A stretch of DNA of 64,000 nt from the NCBI GenBank assembly GCA_963931305.1, contig OZ006994.1, positions 741,444 to 805,443 of the forward strand, written 5' to 3'. A program made the translations under genes and the position numbers. Each line of letters opens with the position of its first letter. Position 1 is the stretch's first letter. This stretch comes from an uncultured Bacilli bacterium. GTDB lineage: Bacteria; Bacillota_I; Bacilli_A; RF39; UBA660. Shown here piece after piece: positions 28,003-37,653 of the stretch. The notes under the pieces are model-generated. The model was not told where the DNA came from. It was given only the letters and a program-made list of their open reading frames with translations, and searched no databases.

Positions 28003-28067
28003 GTTTTTGCCTCCGTTCCATTAGTTACATTATACATGTTTTTGTAATAAAAAAAAAGAGGAAAACT

Positions 28068-29270
28068 TTAGTTTTTCTGACTCTTTTCATATTGTAATTT
28101 CATTGTTTTTAGCGTTTCTATGATTGCTTTTTTATTATCATTCATAATATTAGTATAAACACAATCAATACTATCTACAAACTGTGAAAGTGGTGTCGCT
28201 CGTATATTTCCAAGTTCAATTAAAATTGTTCCTGGTAATTTCTTTTTTAGAACATAATCCATTGTCGTTTCTTTATGATTAGATAAAATTTTATAACTTG
28301 TATATTTCTGGTATGTAATCGCAACTGATTCATTATATTCTGTATAATCTTTCCCATTCTCTCTTTTTATTTTTTCATTTTTTTCATCTAAATAATATAT
28401 TAAATTCCCACAGGCGTGATAAATAAATGAACCAATTACTTTTTCTTTTTGAATTAATGTTTGATAGAGATTTAAAATAGCGCCATTTTCTGGTTCTAAT
28501 TGAAATTTAGAAGGACGATAAGGGCAACCAATTGGACCAGGAGAAATCATAGAAATTTGATTTAATCGTAATTCATGATATACAGGTTTTCTAGAAATCA
28601 TTTCTTTTTCATATCTTGGATGCCATACATTGGCATTTAAATCAATCCCTACTCCATTACTAGACCATTGAGCCATAACTCCTTTAGGAAGGTCTTGTTC
28701 TTGAATAATTTTTTGAATACTCTTTTTTAATTTCTCATGTTTCTTGTCAATGCAATCCGGTGTTGCATAACGAAACATCCACATTTGTAATTTAGTATCT
28801 TGGTCTTTCATATTTAAGACATAATCATCTTCTACTTTCGCATTCATATAATATTGAATACAAAATAATTCTTCCCAAAAAGGAGTCGTTTCTCTTGGAA
28901 TCACTGTACGAATCGCACTTGTAAGTACAATTGTACCTTCTGGATTTAAAATTGGAATAAAATGTAATGTATAAACACTTGGATCAATCACCTCAGGATT
29001 TGCTTCTAAGTACTCCATAAACTGAATTAAAAAGCAATTGGTAATTAGTTCTACAGCATGTGTTCCTGCTGTTAAAATCGCATGATATGGGCCATTACCA
29101 AACGTAAAATGACGGATTGGATAATCAAATGTCGTTCTTCCTATTTCTTTTTGTTCAATACATATTTTTAAATGATCTAAACGATCATTCATCTGTTCAT
29201 AATCTAAAATACGATGATCTTGATAATCACCAATTAAATGTCCTTTTTTATCCTTCATCATATGTTTCAC
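28068..29270 (-). CDS. Cytoplasmic M14-family zinc carboxypeptidase-like protein (murein-peptide amidase-like)
   Basis: It has an HxxE-like zinc motif (GTHAVELIT) and a downstream His block (FIYHACGN). There is no signal peptide. The assignment is tentative. Confidence 0.45.
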   Translation of the reverse strand: MKHMMKDKKGHLIGDYQDHRILDYEQMNDRLDHLKICIEQKEIGRTTFDYPIRHFTFGNGPYHAILTAGTHAVELITNCFLIQFMEYLEANPEVIDPSVYTLHFIPILNPEGTIVLTSAIRTVIPRETTPFWEELFCIQYYMNAKVEDDYVLNMKDQDTKLQMWMFRYATPDCIDKKHEKLKKSIQKIIQEQDLPKGVMAQWSSNGVGIDLNANVWHPRYEKEMISRKPVYHELRLNQISMISPGPIGCPYRPSKFQLEPENGAILNLYQTLIQKEKVIGSFIYHACGNLIYYLDEKNEKIKRENGKDYTEYNESVAITYQKYTSYKILSNHKETTMDYVLKKKLPGTILIELGNIRATPLSQFVDSIDCVYTNIMNDNKKAIIETLKTMKLQYEKSQKN

Positions 29271-29344
29271 CTATTTTATTATAACATATTCTTCTTTTTT
29301 TATAAAAAAAAAGGAAGCGTTCCATTTAGGCAACCCTTCCTTTT

Positions 29345-30613
29345 TTATTGAATCATGAAACTGACTCCTTTCTTTTCATTTTTTACAGTCACTTCATAAC
29401 CACAGAAAGCCAGTGTCTCACGAACGATAGAGAGTCCTAAACCAAATTGACCATTGATTCCTTTTTTATATGGTGAGAAAATATTTTCTAAATCTTTTTC
29501 GTTCAATTTTGGTCCATCATTATAAAATGTTAATTTACTTCCCTTAATCGTTACTTTAATCTCTTTTTCAGCATATCTTACAAAATTACTTAAGATATTA
29601 TCGACAACAGCTTCCCACATATCATAAGTACCTTTCATAATGGTTTCTGAATTTTTTGTATATACAGTCCATTTTACATCAGGTCTGATATTCTTCATCT
29701 TTTCTACCGAGTTATAAATTACTTGTTGCACATTGACTCTTTCTACCGTTAAATCTTTTCTTTCTTTAAAATAATTTAGTTTATTTAAATATAGTAAGGA
29801 GTGTACTTTTAATTCTAATTTATTAATTTGTTCCTCAATGACTTTTAATCCTTGTGGAACCGTTTGAACACCATCTTGTATCGCTTCTATATATGATTTT
29901 ATGACAGTGAGAGGAGTTTTAAAATCATGTGATATATTTTGATACATCTGGTTTTTATAATTTTCTTGTTTTTTTAAATTTTCACGCATTGTGTCAATGG
30001 CAACCGATAATGCTTTTAATTCATCATCTTCATCATATGTATAGGTGTCGTCATAATCATCATTTGAAAGATTATCTACCTTTTGTTTTAAGTGTTCTAT
30101 TTTTTTCACCAATTTTCTAGACCATAGGAGTAATAGTCCAGAAATAATTAGTAAGGTTATTAGTAAAATAGGAAATATAGTATATAGTATATCTTTTCTC
30201 ATGTCTGTGATATAAGAATCATCAGTTAGAGATATTTTCGTAACAAACTTATTATAAGAGGTATTGTAATAATAAGTTTTTCCTTTATATTGGAATTTTC
30301 CGAAATCATTATCAATTTCACTTAAAACCTCAGTTGGTTCAATGTTAATTACTTTGGAGAAGTTTTCTGAAGAGATAACTTCTTTTTGGCTCGTGATATA
30401 GAGGTATGCGACATCACTACCAATCTCATCATCTCCAATTTCATAATCAATTAATTCAAGTGGTTGTTTTAAATATTGATAGATATTGTTCTCATAAATC
30501 GGCGTCAATACTTTTGGGAGGAGTATACCAAGAGCAATGAATATAATCCCACATATGAGAATTCCAATCGATATTAATTGACGATTTAAATCATATTTTA
30601 ATGTTTTTTTCAT
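29345..30613 (-). CDS. Two-component sensor histidine kinase
   Basis: It has two TM segments and the H-box ISHDFKTPLT. The N and G boxes are near the C-terminus (NFVRYA, GLGLSIV). Confidence 0.85.
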   Translation of the reverse strand: MKKTLKYDLNRQLISIGILICGIIFIALGILLPKVLTPIYENNIYQYLKQPLELIDYEIGDDEIGSDVAYLYITSQKEVISSENFSKVINIEPTEVLSEIDNDFGKFQYKGKTYYYNTSYNKFVTKISLTDDSYITDMRKDILYTIFPILLITLLIISGLLLLWSRKLVKKIEHLKQKVDNLSNDDYDDTYTYDEDDELKALSVAIDTMRENLKKQENYKNQMYQNISHDFKTPLTVIKSYIEAIQDGVQTVPQGLKVIEEQINKLELKVHSLLYLNKLNYFKERKDLTVERVNVQQVIYNSVEKMKNIRPDVKWTVYTKNSETIMKGTYDMWEAVVDNILSNFVRYAEKEIKVTIKGSKLTFYNDGPKLNEKDLENIFSPYKKGINGQFGLGLSIVRETLAFCGYEVTVKNEKKGVSFMIQ

Positions 30614-31266
30614 AGGAATCGATATCCAAATCCATATAATGTATTAATATGTATATTTGGCATTTTCTTACGAAGTCTTCTAACTAAATCGTCTACCACT
30701 CGATCACTTCCAAAATAATCTGGTCCCCATATCGCTTCTAAGATATCTTCACGACTAAATGATTTATTACGATTTTGTAAAAACATCAATAATAAGTCAA
30801 ATTCTAATGTGGTTAATGATACTTCTTCTTTCCCATCATAAACAGTTCTTTTATCTAAATCAATCGTATAATTCTCATAAGTAACTTTTTCCGTTGATTT
30901 TAGATAAACACGTTTCATAATATTATTCACACGTAACACAAGCTCCTTAGGGGAATAAGGTTTGGTTACATAATCATCACTTCCTAGTTCTAAGCCAATA
31001 ATCTTATCTAAATCTTGATCCCTAGCTGATGTAAAAATAACTGGGACTGTGCTATCTGTTTCTCTAATTTTCTTAATAATATCATATCCACTGACATTAT
31101 CACCTAGCATAATATCTAATATCCATAAGTGAACGGGATTACCTACATAGTCAAGCGCACTTTTTCCATCATAGAAGTTAAGCACTTCATAGCCTTCACG
31201 TTCTAAGTAGGTTTTCATAAGATCATTTAAGTCTTTTTCGTCTTCTACAAAGCAAATCTTATACAT
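30610..31266 (-). CDS. OmpR-family response regulator
   Basis: It has a receiver domain (WILDIMLGD) and a winged-helix C-terminus (TLYGFGYRF). It overlaps the kinase gene by 4 nt. Confidence 0.9.
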   Translation of the reverse strand: MYKICFVEDEKDLNDLMKTYLEREGYEVLNFYDGKSALDYVGNPVHLWILDIMLGDNVSGYDIIKKIRETDSTVPVIFTSARDQDLDKIIGLELGSDDYVTKPYSPKELVLRVNNIMKRVYLKSTEKVTYENYTIDLDKRTVYDGKEEVSLTTLEFDLLLMFLQNRNKSFSREDILEAIWGPDYFGSDRVVDDLVRRLRKKMPNIHINTLYGFGYRFL

Positions 31267-31501
31267 AATAACACCTCTACATTAGTATATCAAATCTCAT
31301 ATTCTTTTTCTACATTATCACTACCCTTTCATAATTTTTAGGAGTATATTTTCTATCTATTGATTATTATTTTGTAAGTTCATTTAGTTGTTTTCTTTAT
31401 CCCTTTTCTATCACCTCCTTGACTTCATTTTATAAAAACATTATGGTTAAATTTCTAGAACTTTATGGGAAATTATGGTAAAAAAAAAGAAGCATTGCTT
31501 C

Positions 31502-31702
31502 TTATTTATCAACACAAGTCCCTTCTCCTGGTTTAGAACCTTCTACATATACTTTATCTACTAAATTACAGCTTGATTTGGTCATAGAATCCTGTAAATA
31601 ACCACCTAATACTTTTACAATTCCTACAACAATAACACTAATAACAGCTATAATTAAAAGATATTCAACTAAAGCTTGTCCCTTACGATTTAATCTATTC
31701 AT
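31502..31702 (-). CDS. Flp/Fap-type (type IVb, Tad-class) prepilin
   Basis: A short basic leader is followed by G/QALVEYLLIIAVISVIVVGIV (the G-XXXXEY processing motif plus a hydrophobic helix). It has a C-terminal Cys pair, a strong SD (GGGAGGG), its own promoter-like TTGACA box and a terminator. Confidence 0.65.
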   Translation of the reverse strand: MNRLNRKGQALVEYLLIIAVISVIVVGIVKVLGGYLQDSMTKSSCNLVDKVYVEGSKPGEGTCVDK

Positions 31703-31800
31703 GTGACCCTCCCAATACTATTCTTTATATTAATAGTGTATAACGAAATCAATTGTTTGTCAATTCACTTTTTGTATGTTATGATAAATTTGGTGATAGA

Positions 31801-32118
31801 ATGAAAATATTAAGTAAAGATAAAAAGATAGATGTTCATGTTTGTATGAACTTTCAAAATCGGTTTTTTGGCTTTATGGGAAAGAAAGAAATCCCTAATT
31901 ATGGACTATTCTTTCCTCATTGCCATAGCATTCATACTTGCTTTATGAAGTTTCCGATTGATATTTATATTGTCGATTATAATAATATTATTTTATATTG
32001 TAAGAAAAATGTAAAACCATGGAGATTTATATTTTATAAAAAGGGATATGGAACTTATGAGTTTCCAAGTGGTATGACAAAATATCAAGTTGGAGAAAGA
32101 ATCAAACAGATTGCTTAA
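31801..32118 (+). CDS. DUF192 (COG1430) family protein
   Basis: A GGTGA SD precedes the ATG at 31801. The block FGFMGKKEIPNYGLFFPHCHSIHTCFMKFPIDIYIVD matches the DUF192 pattern. Confidence 0.6.
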   Translation: MKILSKDKKIDVHVCMNFQNRFFGFMGKKEIPNYGLFFPHCHSIHTCFMKFPIDIYIVDYNNIILYCKKNVKPWRFIFYKKGYGTYEFPSGMTKYQVGERIKQIA

Positions 32119-32816
32119 TCTGTTTTTATTTTGGAAAAAACTTTGGCAATATCGTCATGAATTACTAAAGTAGCTTTTTGATCTAAAGAAGTTTTATCTT
32201 TATTAATGACTACTAAGTTCTTACCGTGAAAAAATTGCACTAAGCTATTTGCTGGATAAACAGCTAATGATGTCCCTCCAACAATAAATGTATCACAGTT
32301 AGAAATTACTTCAATTGCTTTTTCAAACACCCCACTTGGAAGTGGCTCTTCGTATAATACTACATCTGGTTTTATGATGCCTCCACAAGAACAGATATGA
32401 CTTTTTTCTATTTCTTTTAAAGAATACTTCTTATGACACTTCATACATGTATTTTGATGAACGGTTCCATGTAATTCTAATACATGTTTACTTCCTGCCA
32501 TTTGATGAAGTCCATCAATATTTTGTGTTATAACCATTGTTAGTTTACCACTTTGTTCAAGTTGTGCTAACTTTTGATGACAGGCATTCGGCTTGGCTTT
32601 TTTATGAATCATCTCTTGTAAATAAAATTGAAAGAATTCTTCTGTATGACGCATAAAATAAGAATGAGATAGCATAATTTCGGCACGATAAGGGTATTTA
32701 TGATAAAGTCCTGTATCACTTCTAAAATCAGGAATTCCACTTGCAGTAGATACTCCTGCTCCTCCAAAAAAGACAATATTTTTACTTTCATTGATAATTT
32801 CTTGTAATGTTTTCAT
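32115..32816 (-). CDS. cobB: NAD-dependent protein deacylase (Sir2/CobB family)
   Basis: It has GAGVSTASGIPDFRS, TQNIDGLH, a zinc ribbon (CMKCHKK...CSCGG) and GTSLAVYPA. Confidence 0.85.
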   Translation of the reverse strand: MKTLQEIINESKNIVFFGGAGVSTASGIPDFRSDTGLYHKYPYRAEIMLSHSYFMRHTEEFFQFYLQEMIHKKAKPNACHQKLAQLEQSGKLTMVITQNIDGLHQMAGSKHVLELHGTVHQNTCMKCHKKYSLKEIEKSHICSCGGIIKPDVVLYEEPLPSGVFEKAIEVISNCDTFIVGGTSLAVYPANSLVQFFHGKNLVVINKDKTSLDQKATLVIHDDIAKVFSKIKTD

Positions 32817-32860
32817 ATTCTCACCTTCTCTTTTATTGTAACAAAAAAGAATAGAAAATT

Positions 32861-34132
32861 CTATTCTTCATATTCAAATTCAAAATCTAAAATTCTGACA
32901 TAATCCCCATCTTTTGCACCACGATTTCTTAATTCATCTTCGATACCAAGTAATCTAAGTTTACGAGATAAACGAATATAAGATTCTTCTGATGAGAAAT
33001 TCATCATTCTTACATATCGCTCTATTTCTTTACCACGAATTACCCAAGTATCATTGTCTTTGGTAATAGTAAATGGTTCTTCTTTCTCATATTTATAAAC
33101 AACGTGTTTTTTTGCTTTGACACTATCTTCTAATGGTTGTTTTTGAATATGATCTAGCATATCAGCCAGTACTTCTATTACTTGATCTAATCCTTGATTC
33201 ATAGCTGCACTCACTTCATAAATTGGTAAATCTACTTTCTTTTTAAATGTTTCTAATCTTTCTTGCGCTCCTTCAATATCCATTTTATTAGCAATAATAA
33301 TCTGTGGTTTTTGTAATAAACTTTCTTTAAAGTTTTTTAATTCTTCTTGAATTGTCATGTAATCTTCATATGGATCACGCATTTCATAACCACCCATATC
33401 AATGACATGAGCAATCACTCTGGTTCTTTCGATATGTTTTAAGAAGCGATCTCCTAGTCCTTCTCCTAAAGAAGCTCCTTTGATTAAACCTGGTAAGTCA
33501 GCAACGACAAAAGAACGATGTCGAGATGCTCGAACAACTCCTAAGTTTGGTTTTAAAGTAGTAAAGTGATATTCAGCAATCTTTGGTTTGGCTGCACTAA
33601 TCATTGAAATAATGGTTGATTTTCCAACACTAGGAAGCCCTACTAAACCAACATCAGCAAGTAGTTTTAATTCTACTTTTACTCTTTTTTCTTCTCCTGG
33701 TTCGCCATTTTCACAAATACTAGGAGCTGGGTTAGAATGGGTTGCTAAAGCCATATTACCACGACCACCACGGCCTCCACGGGCAATCACTGCCTGTTCT
33801 TTGTTTTGGGTTAAATCGGCAATGACTTCTCCTGTTTCAAGATCTGTTACAACCGTTCCAACTGGAACTCTTACAATCACTGCATCACGGCTTTTCCCAT
33901 GCATTCCTTTTCCCATACCATTTTCTCCGCGAGGGCCTTTAATTTGTTTTTGATATCTTAAATCTAGTAATGTATTTAATCCTTCATCTGCTTCAAAAAT
34001 AATATCTGCTCCATGACCACCATTTCCGCCAAATGGACCACCCATTTCTACATATTTCTCACGACGCATCGCCATACATCCATTTCCTCCAGATCCAGCT
34101 AATACATCGACAATTGCTTCATCAACAAACAT
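32861..34132 (-). CDS. obg: GTPase Obg/CgtA
   Basis: It has MFVDEAIVDVLAGSGGNGCM and a glycine-rich Obg fold. The G1 motif is GLPSVGKST, and a C-terminal OCT domain is present. Confidence 0.95.
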   Translation of the reverse strand: MFVDEAIVDVLAGSGGNGCMAMRREKYVEMGGPFGGNGGHGADIIFEADEGLNTLLDLRYQKQIKGPRGENGMGKGMHGKSRDAVIVRVPVGTVVTDLETGEVIADLTQNKEQAVIARGGRGGRGNMALATHSNPAPSICENGEPGEEKRVKVELKLLADVGLVGLPSVGKSTIISMISAAKPKIAEYHFTTLKPNLGVVRASRHRSFVVADLPGLIKGASLGEGLGDRFLKHIERTRVIAHVIDMGGYEMRDPYEDYMTIQEELKNFKESLLQKPQIIIANKMDIEGAQERLETFKKKVDLPIYEVSAAMNQGLDQVIEVLADMLDHIQKQPLEDSVKAKKHVVYKYEKEEPFTITKDNDTWVIRGKEIERYVRMMNFSSEESYIRLSRKLRLLGIEDELRNRGAKDGDYVRILDFEFEYEE

Positions 34133-34213
34133 AAAAACCCTCCTTTTCTAGTTTTTATTATACACGAAAGTAAAAGAAAAGCATAGTTTTTTCTATGCTC
34201 TTAGAAGTGATAC

Positions 34214-34618
34214 TTATACTAGTTCTTTATAAAAATCGTCTAAAACAGTTTGCCATAATTGTTTTAAATTATCATATGATAAGTATTGTTTTGCTTCATC
34301 GATATCGACCCACATGATTTCAGCAATTTCTGTTTCTTGTGGCAGTAAAGAATCAGAAATAGGTTTGGCACGAAAATAGACGACTTCTTTATCAATCTGA
34401 GTAGATGTAATATAAGAAATTGTATATCTTTTCTTTTCATCAATAATCACATCGAGATTTGTTTCCTCTTTGGTTTCTCGACGAGCAGTTTCTATTTCTG
34501 TTTCTCCCTGTTCCATATGACCTTTAGGAAATCCAACCCATCCTAACTTTTGTCTTACGAGTAGTACACGTTTATTAGAATCAATGATAATCGTTCCACA
34601 TGATTTTTCTTTTTTCAT
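34214..34618 (-). CDS. NUDIX hydrolase
   Basis: It has a complete Nudix box: GFPKGHMEQGETEIETARRETKEETNL. Confidence 0.8.
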   Translation of the reverse strand: MKKEKSCGTIIIDSNKRVLLVRQKLGWVGFPKGHMEQGETEIETARRETKEETNLDVIIDEKKRYTISYITSTQIDKEVVYFRAKPISDSLLPQETEIAEIMWVDIDEAKQYLSYDNLKQLWQTVLDDFYKELV

Positions 34619-34657
34619 ATTTTCTCCTTCTTATTTGACAAAAAAATAGTATTGCTA

Positions 34658-34801
34658 CTATTTTCTGTTTGAAAATACAGTACTAGCTACCAAAACTACA
34701 ATAACTATCACTGCAACGATGATAATAATGTTCATGTTCTTCTGACCAGAAGTAGTTTTTTGTACGACGGCTAATGTATTTATCAAATCCAATGTTTTCA
34801 T
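34658..34801 (-). CDS. Small 47-aa single-TM protein (not in the ORF track)
   Basis: My translation reads MKTLDLINTLAVVQKTTSGQKNMNIIIIVAVIVIVVLVASTVFSNRK. The ATG directly abuts the stop of the upstream CPBP gene. Confidence 0.35.
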   Translation of the reverse strand: MKTLDLINTLAVVQKTTSGQKNMNIIIIVAVIVIVVLVASTVFSNRK

Positions 34802-35590
34802 CTAAAACATCCCCGCAATCATAATACACATTGGTATTAAATTATAGAAGAATTTAATGAACATGACAAGTACAATATTATCGTGATTCTTAATATACAA
34901 TGTCGCAAGAGTTGCTGATACTGCAAAATATGATAGAGCATCTGTTAGTAAATACGGACTATTTAAATCTCCATAAATGACATTCATAACAGCATATATG
35001 AAACTACTAGAAATAACAAATAATACATTATTTGGAATTACTTTACGCAATGATTGTTTGAATAATAATTCTTCAGCAATTACCCCAAATACCATTGTTT
35101 TAAACAATGTATAAGCGAATGAAATTTGAGATAAAGTATAAATAGATGTTGTATTATCATCACTGATTGTATTAGATGGAACTAACACCTCACCTATAAT
35201 ACCTACAACCATATTAACAGCAAATAGTAAAATAACTCCTATCGCTACTTTTCCAATAAACTTACGCTTACTTTGATCAAGATTTTCTAAACTAGCTTTT
35301 AAATCTTTATAATATAACGCTATAATACCAATTAAGAATAAAACATCTCCAGTAAACATAGTAATAATTCCATTATGAATATTTAAAGCTGTAAAAATTG
35401 TTTGTAAGACACTATTGTATATTAAGTAAATGATAAAAATTGCAAATACTTTCAATAGTTCTGTCATTTTTCCATTTTTCAAACTCATCACTCCTATCTT
35501 AAGTTCATTGTAGCAAAATGCAGTTCTTTTTTCAACGACAAATGGAAATGAAGTGTAAAGTTTAAAAAAATATGTAAAAAGTATTGCCAT
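34802..35590 (-). CDS. CPBP-family intramembrane glutamic endopeptidase (CAAX protease/Abi-like)
   Basis: It is polytopic and has CPBP motif 1 (VIAEELLFKQSLR). The start is uncertain, because an internal ATG at 35488 is also possible. Confidence 0.65.
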   Translation of the reverse strand: MAILFTYFFKLYTSFPFVVEKRTAFCYNELKIGVMSLKNGKMTELLKVFAIFIIYLIYNSVLQTIFTALNIHNGIITMFTGDVLFLIGIIALYYKDLKASLENLDQSKRKFIGKVAIGVILLFAVNMVVGIIGEVLVPSNTISDDNTTSIYTLSQISFAYTLFKTMVFGVIAEELLFKQSLRKVIPNNVLFVISSSFIYAVMNVIYGDLNSPYLLTDALSYFAVSATLATLYIKNHDNIVLVMFIKFFYNLIPMCIMIAGMF

Positions 35591-35608
35591 ATGATTTCTT
35601 TTTGTTAT

Positions 35609-35642
35609 AAAATAAAATTCCCGGCACTAAAACGCCGGGAAC
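35609..35642 (-). terminator. GC-rich intrinsic terminator in the leader upstream of the CPBP gene
   Basis: The minus-strand RNA reads UUCCCGGC-GUUUUAGU-GCCGGGAA followed by UUUUAUUUU. Confidence 0.6.
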
Positions 35643-35876
35643 TAGTCAACATTAACTATTCTATATGATTCCATTGTATATACGTTTGGTTAATGTTCCT
35701 AATTAGAAAAATCTAGTTAGCCATCTCCACATAGACTTTCACCTCCATCCTTTTTATTCTCTCTTCACACCTAAAGTATAGCACTTTTCTTTCAAAATAT
35801 CAATTATTTTTTATTTTTTTATGCACAAAAAGAAGTATCAATCATACTTCTTTTTTTTTACTTATTTTTCAATATT

Positions 35877-36167
35877 TTATCTAGTAGGATAAACACTTGC
35901 TTGCTTTTTATCTCTACCACGACGTTCAAATTTTACATATCCATCAATTGTAGTATATAAAGTATCATCTTTTCCAATTTTAACATTGTTACCTGGATAT
36001 ACTTTTGTACCACGTTGACGGTATAAAATAGAACCAGATGTTACAAATTCTCCATCACTCGCTTTTGCTCCAAGTCTTCTACCTGCAGAATCACGTCCGT
36101 TTTTTGTAGAACTTTGCCCTTTTTTATGAGCGAATAATTGAATATTTAATCTTAATAAATCTAGCAT
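35877..36167 (-). CDS. rpmA: 50S ribosomal protein L27 (with the cleavable N-terminal extension typical of Bacillota)
   Basis: The sequence is [27 protein letters not shown]... Confidence 0.95.
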   Translation of the reverse strand: MLDLLRLNIQLFAHKKGQSSTKNGRDSAGRRLGAKASDGEFVTSGSILYRQRGTKVYPGNNVKIGKDDTLYTTIDGYVKFERRGRDKKQASVYPTR

Positions 36168-36178
36168 GAGGACACCTC

Positions 36179-36496
36179 CTATTTTCTATTTATTTTTATA
36201 TTTTTCGGATAATCTGAAGCAAGTTCTGTTAGCAATGCAACTAAGTTTTCTAATAACAAATCAATCATTTTATCATGTTTTAATACTGTAACTGTTACAT
36301 GAATTGTATCCGTATCTTCTTGTTTTACTAAAATCGCATCTTTCTGATATCTTAATATCGCATTTACACTTGTAATCAAAATACTACTAGCACTTGCACA
36401 AACGATATCTTTCCCAGTCACTTCATATCCTGAATGACCATTTAGTGAAATCTTTTGAATGTCATTCTTTTCTTTTTTTATTATTACTTGAATCAT
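36179..36496 (-). CDS. prp: Ribosomal-processing cysteine protease Prp (YsxB family)
   Basis: It lies between rplU and rpmA. The conserved blocks are GHSGY and DIVCASASS. Confidence 0.85.
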   Translation of the reverse strand: MIQVIIKKEKNDIQKISLNGHSGYEVTGKDIVCASASSILITSVNAILRYQKDAILVKQEDTDTIHVTVTVLKHDKMIDLLLENLVALLTELASDYPKNIKINRK

Positions 36497-36497
36497 A

Positions 36498-36800
36498 TTA
36501 TTTTACTTTAATAGACTTAATAACAACCTTTGTATATGGTTGACGGTGTCCTTGTTTCTTACGGTATTTATTTTTTGGAACATATTTAAATACTACAATC
36601 TTCTTATCTTTACCGTGTTTTACAACTTCACCTGTTACTTTTGCGTTTGATAGATATGGATTTCCAAATGCTCCATCTACCATCAATACTTTGTCAAAGT
36701 CAACTTTACTTCCAACTTCTGCATCTAATTTTTCAACATAAAGTTCTGTACCTTCTTCTACATAGTATTGTTTTCCACCAGTTTCGATAACAGCTTTCAT
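36498..36800 (-). CDS. rplU: 50S ribosomal protein L21
   Basis: The sequence is [17 protein letters not shown]... Confidence 0.95.
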   Translation of the reverse strand: MKAVIETGGKQYYVEEGTELYVEKLDAEVGSKVDFDKVLMVDGAFGNPYLSNAKVTGEVVKHGKDKKIVVFKYVPKNKYRKKQGHRQPYTKVVIKSIKVK

Positions 36801-36921
36801 AATTTCCCTCCTTACAATTCTAAGACTCGCCTAAAAGGTAACAATTGTTTTAAAACCTTGTTCGTGCGGTTGTAGCGACCAAAGGGGTACTACACAATAT
36901 AAAATTTTAACAGATAAATCC
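36801..36921 (-). promoter_or_regulatory. Probable structured L21-operon leader
   Basis: A 120-nt untranslated region upstream of rplU has G/C-rich paired segments (GUAGUACCCCUUUGGUCGCUACAACCGCACGAACAAGG). Its position matches the L21 leader known in Bacillota. I did not fold it rigorously. Confidence 0.4.
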
Positions 36922-37653
36922 TTATTTGTCAAACCATTTTTTTAAAATTGTCGTTTCACTCACCCAATTATTTTGAACCAAAAAGATATGACTTCTTTCC
37001 CGTCTCATTTTCTTTAAATTTAATTTTTTTACTTTTAAATATTTAGAAAAATGGATATGTTTTAAGTATCGTTCTAATAAAAATTTATAAAAAGTAAATG
37101 GGAGTTTGTAATATTCGTCCCATCCCCTTTTTAGTAAGAAAAAAAGCATACAGAAAAAAATAAAATTTGGCGGAAACATAAAAAATAACAATATAGAAAG
37201 CAAAAAAGATATCCATAATATAGTTTGATAACTATAGTAAAAGGAAAGATATCGTTCTAAAATTAATAATACGAGTTTTGACCCATCTAATGGATATATA
37301 GGAAATAAGTTAAAAAGTAAAAATGCGAGATGAAGTGTTAAAAAATACGGTTGATTGATGGTTGGTTCTAATAAAAAATAAGCAAGTATTTGAAATATTG
37401 GCCCCATAATAGTAATTATTAACTCTTCTTTCATTGGTCGGTTGAATGCTTCTTCAAAGATAGTAAGTCCACCAAATGGCAAAATAATTATTTTTTTTAT
37501 ATTCCAATGATAATATAAAGCTGTTAAAATATGTCCTAATTCATGAATACAAAAAAGATAAAATAATAAAAGATATGGTTTTATGAAACCAGTCATTAAA
37601 ATAATTCCTGTACAAAGGAGAAAAAAAGGATGAATATATATTTTTTTAACCAT
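36922..37653 (-). CDS. M50-family site-2 metalloprotease (SpoIVFB-like)
   Basis: It has the HELGH zinc motif in a TM helix and a later NLFPIYPLDG motif. Confidence 0.75.
   Translation of the reverse strand: MVKKIYIHPFFLLCTGIILMTGFIKPYLLLFYLFCIHELGHILTALYYHWNIKKIIILPFGGLTIFEEAFNRPMKEELIITIMGPIFQILAYFLLEPTINQPYFLTLHLAFLLFNLFPIYPLDGSKLVLLILERYLSFYYSYQTILWISFLLSILLFFMFPPNFIFFCMLFFLLKRGWDEYYKLPFTFYKFLLERYLKHIHFSKYLKVKKLNLKKMRRERSHIFLVQNNWVSETTILKKWFDK

Noticed and set aside
31267-31500. A perfect SD-like AAGGAGGTGA on the minus strand (around 31413-31422) between the flp terminator and the response-regulator gene, considered as the start of a hidden small gene.
   Set aside because: No start codon lies within 5-12 nt downstream. 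The nearest ATG opens only an 8-codon ORF. The same bases read on the plus strand form a TTGACT -35-like box, so the signal is ambiguous.
32115-32816. The Sir2-domain protein as an anti-phage effector (Thoeris or DSR-like).
   Set aside because: It is a compact 233-aa canonical CobB-type sirtuin with the zinc ribbon and all deacylase motifs. It has no fused sensor domain and no partner defence gene.
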